This document shows positions 60,801 to 64,000 of a stretch of DNA of 64,000 nucleotides, in pieces. Location of the stretch: positions 564 through 64,563 of the forward strand of contig JAFGFJ010000010.1 of NCBI GenBank assembly GCA_016931155.1, read 5' to 3'. A program made the position numbers and the translations under genes. The stretch comes from Candidatus Dojkabacteria bacterium (GTDB taxonomy: Bacteria; Patescibacteriota; Dojkabacteria; B142; JAFGFJ01). Each line of letters starts with the position of its first letter. Within the stretch, counting starts at the first letter, position 1. The notes under the pieces were generated by a model. That model worked only from the letters and a program-made list of their open reading frames with translations, searched no databases and was not told where the DNA came from.

Positions 60801-61790
60801 AACAGGTTAAAGCTCAGAACAGATATTTTTAGCAGCAATGAGACAATTCAGGATGGATCATTTGAAAATGGACTTTGGGGAGGAGCTTCTGTGTGCGGAA
60901 CTGATAGCAACAAAGAACCGGATGTCTTTGCTTCCTTTTCACAAGACCGAACTGAAGGAGAAAGGTCATTGAAGCTTGAGTCAAATTCGGGAACAGCTTG
61001 TGTCAGGAATAAAATTGAAAATTTCTCAAAAAACGCAGTATATAAAGTAAGCTTTGATTACAAAAATCTTGAAGGTGAAGCACCGAGATTCTGTTTACTT
61101 CAACTTGGATCCTCAAGGGAATGTCTCCCCTATGTGGAACTAAATAAAGCACAAAAGTGGCAGAATTATTCTGTCCATGTAATACCTGAAAATGACGCAT
61201 CTGGTCTGGTTATCCATTTTTATTCAGATAAGGGAAGCAAAAATCTTTTTGATAATGTTATAGTTGAAAAAGTCGAAAGACCTTTTGGGCTTGGATATTT
61301 AAAAGAGTTCGCAGTTGAGCAAAGTCCAAAAGGTCTTGTCCAAACTTCTTTTACAAAAATAAGTGCTACAAAGTACAAAGTAAGAGTCAATAGTCTCAAT
61401 GATTCATTTATTTTAGAGCTAAACCAGGCTTTTAATCCTGGCTGGAAAGCTTATGTTGCATCAGAAAAAAACAGTAAAATACCTGAGTTTTTCAAATTCC
61501 TTTTCGATAAACCTGTTCCAGAAAACAATCACTATGCAATAGATGAAATAAAGAACGGATGGTTAATTGAAAATGCTGGAACAGGAGTAGAGATCACTCT
61601 GGAGTATTTTCCCCAGAAGATTTTTGTAGTATCAGTAGTAATTTCAATAGTAGTATTTGTCACAGTCTTTATCACAACACTTTCTATTTTCCTGAAAAAC
61701 AACTACCAGGCATTAAAAAAGACTCTATGGAAAGAAGATAGACTGAAAGCACTTGGAAAGAAATTGGACAAAATTATCGTGGAGCCATAA
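57822..61790 (+). CDS. Very large polytopic membrane protein (GT-C/AftD/YfhO-like architecture) with C-terminal duplicated Cys-containing beta-sandwich-like modules and a C-terminal TM anchor
   Basis: The 1322-aa ORF has about 12 TM helices in its first roughly 450 aa and a large extracytoplasmic region. Two paralogous modules of about 100 aa are present (...VYKLSFDYFMLSGSSPSLCVLQQ... and ...VYKVSFDYKNLEGEAPRFCLLQL...). A terminal TM is present (VVSVVISIVVFVTVFITTLSIF). Confidence 0.5.
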   Translation: MAKIFDFFKKAGNSFFEYYKNHYLLLEVLIIVIIGLTPLLWFKSSNEILIGHDSGFPLAPIEWFSGRFESWTEKYNLGSDQSLAFGSLPIHGIEAGLSKLGFSIFTVQKLVFIFWFTLPGLSMYALSRYLIGKDRKYAAFRIFASTFYMLNHFLLQGWFIAERTKFSIIAATPLTVLFLLKGLDRKITKLESIFAINLILFFLNGGGSGFTLYGGLILVISAVLLGYLIIKRISFGKLLMYIFAFGSVFFLMQSYWIIPQIYYAVNNFSNVIATFGGDNNLITWANEISKHTSLWNLARLQGVPDWYDNPSHPYSNIFLTSIFFKIIGILTPVFAGAGFIIYSRKKEFNRHLVWLFILTLFALIFTAGTHPPFGFIYEFMLKNVPFFSVFRTPFYKFGYALWFAYSILVPLTISYLFRAKFVDLNFTISSSKDPKKVSIPWEIGGAIILTAIIIIYNYPFFAGNFFKWRDPLTTKVDLPGYVMEYGEWAKNEPAETRILLLPKLNEAEPADIYNWGYYSLEPLPSLLSNTSIVSNNFNLTINQEEKETVSLLYDSLKSSPQTFDNLAIRLGINKILLREDFFYNYGGKDNNSPEDMENLLEQTSFKQVEKFGEWIIYENPAETEQVKTIDSPIEIQYEQTTNLEIIKAILQEVRNKPFIRTDIISNPTETETEEPDKLIFLDTANLASIDPKDGSFTYEIFNRMNSPELVINPVSISSASYNVSVEKNAGKLIIHFSTPEIIIEYANGRKIVPSNLFSKELYVNTSGQNIGIVINGQIFKTENINNGQIVKLGSIQFLPGEEILDIGIFEESEGQVLLGLDFEDDNIRDKTGNCGGESQNVSSKVTQSEGSQGKYLELSAKNAVSCLRLPLDLAKEKTVYKLSFDYFMLSGSSPSLCVLQQSDTASNCIPDITVNEAQKGKWESYQTVFETEEDIKKLILHFYAKSDQEETIIAYDNIKLSKITDLGSGSVTAGDLANLFKEKTIVKLNDFGGNRLKLRTDIFSSNETIQDGSFENGLWGGASVCGTDSNKEPDVFASFSQDRTEGERSLKLESNSGTACVRNKIENFSKNAVYKVSFDYKNLEGEAPRFCLLQLGSSRECLPYVELNKAQKWQNYSVHVIPENDASGLVIHFYSDKGSKNLFDNVIVEKVERPFGLGYLKEFAVEQSPKGLVQTSFTKISATKYKVRVNSLNDSFILELNQAFNPGWKAYVASEKNSKIPEFFKFLFDKPVPENNHYAIDEIKNGWLIENAGTGVEITLEYFPQKIFVVSVVISIVVFVTVFITTLSIFLKNNYQALKKTLWKEDRLKALGKKLDKIIVEP

Positions 61791-61955
61791 ATAGTAAGTC
61801 CGTATTATCCTGTATTGTTTATAGCTTAATACTTCAATCTCGTTATTTAATCAGTATCTCTACGATACGATATTTCCAAACACAGCAGATTCTCTGAATA
61901 GCGATAAATGACAGAAATGATTTTTTATTTCCTGAGAATTTGTTTTAATCAATAC

Positions 61956-63983
61956 TCATGTTCTAAATACTCTATCTTTGTCCTCCTTTTTTTTTAATTT
62001 TCCCATCAAATATCCGATGCCAGCAACAGAAAATCTTAGACTATTATAAAATAGAACACCTAGAGCCAAATCAGGTCTCAAAATAAATCTATAAAACTTT
62101 CTCAAATACGCAGGCTTAATCGGTGACTTCTGTGCAAAAGTTAGCTCAGCCAACTTGCCTCCACTCCTTCTTTTCTCACCGACCATCGTCTTTCCATAAA
62201 AATAGTATTTGTTAATAATATCCTTTATAGTTCTTGGTTCCCCAAGATGCAGTTCCTTTTCCGTTATAAAGCCTAGCCTGAAATCCGCCTCTCTCAAACG
62301 ATTGTAGATATCATAATCCTCTGCTGCAATAAGAGCCTCATCAAATCCTTCTACTTTTTCGAAAGCCTTTTTCGTTAAGAATCTTGGAGAAATATTGTGA
62401 GTATCATATTCCAGAAAATCCCTCTCGAATTTTCTGATCTTTGCCCAATAACTGATCCTTGAATCTGATACATTATGTACTGCAATCATGTCGTATCCTC
62501 TTTCTTTTATACTCATTACAGCTGATTTCACAATATTTCCATTCAGCACTAAATCATCGTCAATAAAATACAAATACTTTCCACTTGCTACTTTTGCCCC
62601 TCTATTCTTCTGTGCCGATCTTCCTCTGTCTACCCATTTGAGAACCTTAGCTCCAAATTGTTTGGCTATCTTCACACTGTTATCCTTTGATCCACCATCT
62701 ACCACAATTATTTCAATATTTTTGTATGTCTGCTTCTTCACTGATTCAAGACACCTTTCTAGAAATTTTTCGGAATTGAGTACAGGAATAATTACAGAAA
62801 CAAGTTCCTGACGTGAGAGATTAACCACTGCATCCATACCAAAATTATCTCTTATTTGAGAACCAGCAACATTTTCGTACAATTTTTCATAAACTATCTT
62901 TTCGAATTCATCAGCACTATCATCAAAACTAAATTTCTTACTATCTTTCAATCCACCGAGCTGCAATTTCTCATACAAGTCCTTATCCAGAAACAATCTT
63001 TTGGCCGCCGTTGCAAGGGAATCCGGAGTTCGTGTGATCGTGAGAAGTCCATTTTTATAGTGCTTTATTGAATCCCTGAAACCGTAAACATTGTATGCGA
63101 CAGTGGGAGTACCAAGCGCATTCGACTCATTTACAACAAGCCCCCAACCTTCTTTCACTGAGGTGCCAAGATTCAGCCAAGAGCGGGAGATGAGAGCATC
63201 ACGCTCATGATCCGGCAAGAATCCCACAAATTCTACAAAATTATCGAGTCGCAGCTCCCAGACTTTTTTCTTTAAAAACTCATAGTATGAACCTTGATTT
63301 CTGCCAAGAATGTAGAATTTAAGACGGGGAAAATCCTTTCTCAAGATATTCACTGCCTCAAGTTGATCTTCAACCCTTTTCATTCTGCGGATTCCTCCAA
63401 AATAAACAAGAGAGGGGAATTCCGTCTTCTGAGGAAGCTTTTCAAGTGGTTTTTGAGAAATACCCATCGGAACAATACGTATATTTCTATCATCGATCCC
63501 GTTTCTGACCAAATTAACTTTTGTTGAGTTTGAGATTGTTATAAATCGATCTTCTGCGTATAAACTCCCGAGTAGAAATTTCTCAAGTAATAATCCAATA
63601 AGATTTAGTGGGAAGTACATCATTTTGAACCAGATTTCTTTTCCAGCAACTTCATAAATCATTGCAATTCGTCTGCTCTTTTTGACATATAGAGAAGTCA
63701 AAAATGAAAATGCATGGAAATTATCAACCACAAGATCAAATGCTCGGAAGTTTTTCAAGTAGTATAAGAATGCGGCAAAAACAGTTCCCACTCTGGTTCC
63801 TCTTCTTACAACACTAATCCCATTCTGAACCTCAGTTTTCGAAGAACCTCTGTATCTGTGAGCAAACCATGTAACTTCATGTCCCCTATCACAAAGTCTT
63901 TTCAGAATTTCATAGCTTAGTTTTTCCGCTCCACCGGATGCAGGATTTTTTCTATCGTACCAGCTCAGGAATAAGATTCTCAT
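61956..63983 (-). CDS. Bifunctional glycosyltransferase: N-terminal GT4 (GT-B) fused to C-terminal GT2 (GT-A)
   Basis: The 675-aa ORF has an N-terminal MRILFLSWYDRKNPASGGAEKL and an EX7E-type region GWGLVVNESNALGTPTVAYNVYGFRDSIKH. The C-terminus has SVIIPVLNSEKFLERCLESVKKQTYKNIEIIVVDGGSKDNS. Confidence 0.7.
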   Translation of the reverse strand: MRILFLSWYDRKNPASGGAEKLSYEILKRLCDRGHEVTWFAHRYRGSSKTEVQNGISVVRRGTRVGTVFAAFLYYLKNFRAFDLVVDNFHAFSFLTSLYVKKSRRIAMIYEVAGKEIWFKMMYFPLNLIGLLLEKFLLGSLYAEDRFITISNSTKVNLVRNGIDDRNIRIVPMGISQKPLEKLPQKTEFPSLVYFGGIRRMKRVEDQLEAVNILRKDFPRLKFYILGRNQGSYYEFLKKKVWELRLDNFVEFVGFLPDHERDALISRSWLNLGTSVKEGWGLVVNESNALGTPTVAYNVYGFRDSIKHYKNGLLTITRTPDSLATAAKRLFLDKDLYEKLQLGGLKDSKKFSFDDSADEFEKIVYEKLYENVAGSQIRDNFGMDAVVNLSRQELVSVIIPVLNSEKFLERCLESVKKQTYKNIEIIVVDGGSKDNSVKIAKQFGAKVLKWVDRGRSAQKNRGAKVASGKYLYFIDDDLVLNGNIVKSAVMSIKERGYDMIAVHNVSDSRISYWAKIRKFERDFLEYDTHNISPRFLTKKAFEKVEGFDEALIAAEDYDIYNRLREADFRLGFITEKELHLGEPRTIKDIINKYYFYGKTMVGEKRRSGGKLAELTFAQKSPIKPAYLRKFYRFILRPDLALGVLFYNSLRFSVAGIGYLMGKLKKKEDKDRVFRT

Positions 63984-64000
63984 TTAGATCAAAAAATAGC

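Overview
The window is AT-rich bacterial DNA that looks like a CPR/Patescibacteria-type genome. That assignment is inferred from small genes, many hypothetical membrane proteins, an rRNA intron, an ATP-dependent DNA ligase and a tandem array of pilin-like proteins. All calls come from reading the sequence and ORF translations by eye; no searches were run.

Layout from low to high coordinates:
- An rRNA operon on the minus strand, ordered 16S, tRNA-Ile(GAT), tRNA-Ala(UGC), 23S. The 23S is cut by the window edge and interrupted by a roughly 690-nt group I-type intron that carries a LAGLIDADG homing-endonuclease ORF.
- A housekeeping block on the minus strand: ATP-dependent DNA ligase, flavodoxin-like reductase, Fic AMPylase, DNA polymerase I, FtsH, tRNA-Met and TrpRS.
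- A tRNA-associated block: initiator tRNA-fMet, an operon of three unknown genes whose last member has a GHKL-like ATPase motif, an FtsB-like protein, a Xer-type tyrosine recombinase and an unusual tRNA-Ile with anticodon UAU.
- An 11-kb stretch bounded by two copies of a roughly 52-nt conserved intergenic motif. It holds a CreD-like membrane protein, a TraG/VirD4-like coupling ATPase, SmpB, a degenerate PP2C-like plus beta-propeller protein, a bPH membrane protein and a SpoIID-domain protein.
- An SbcD plus membrane-anchored SbcC (YhaO/YhaN-like) operon.
- Six tandem Sec-signal, two-TM-hairpin pilin-like paralogs with variable Cys-rich ectodomains. One of them carries a G8 homopolymer exactly where its frame breaks into a Cys-rich tail ORF, which points to a phase-variation switch.
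- A UvrD-like helicase fused to an FeS PD-(D/E)xK nuclease, a membrane-anchored ClpB/ClpC-like double AAA+ ATPase, and an AbiEii toxin gene remnant.
- A surface-glycan locus with GT2 and GT4-GT2 glycosyltransferases, two very large polytopic membrane proteins and a triple-PA14 secreted protein.

No CRISPR array, transposase or obvious prophage was seen.
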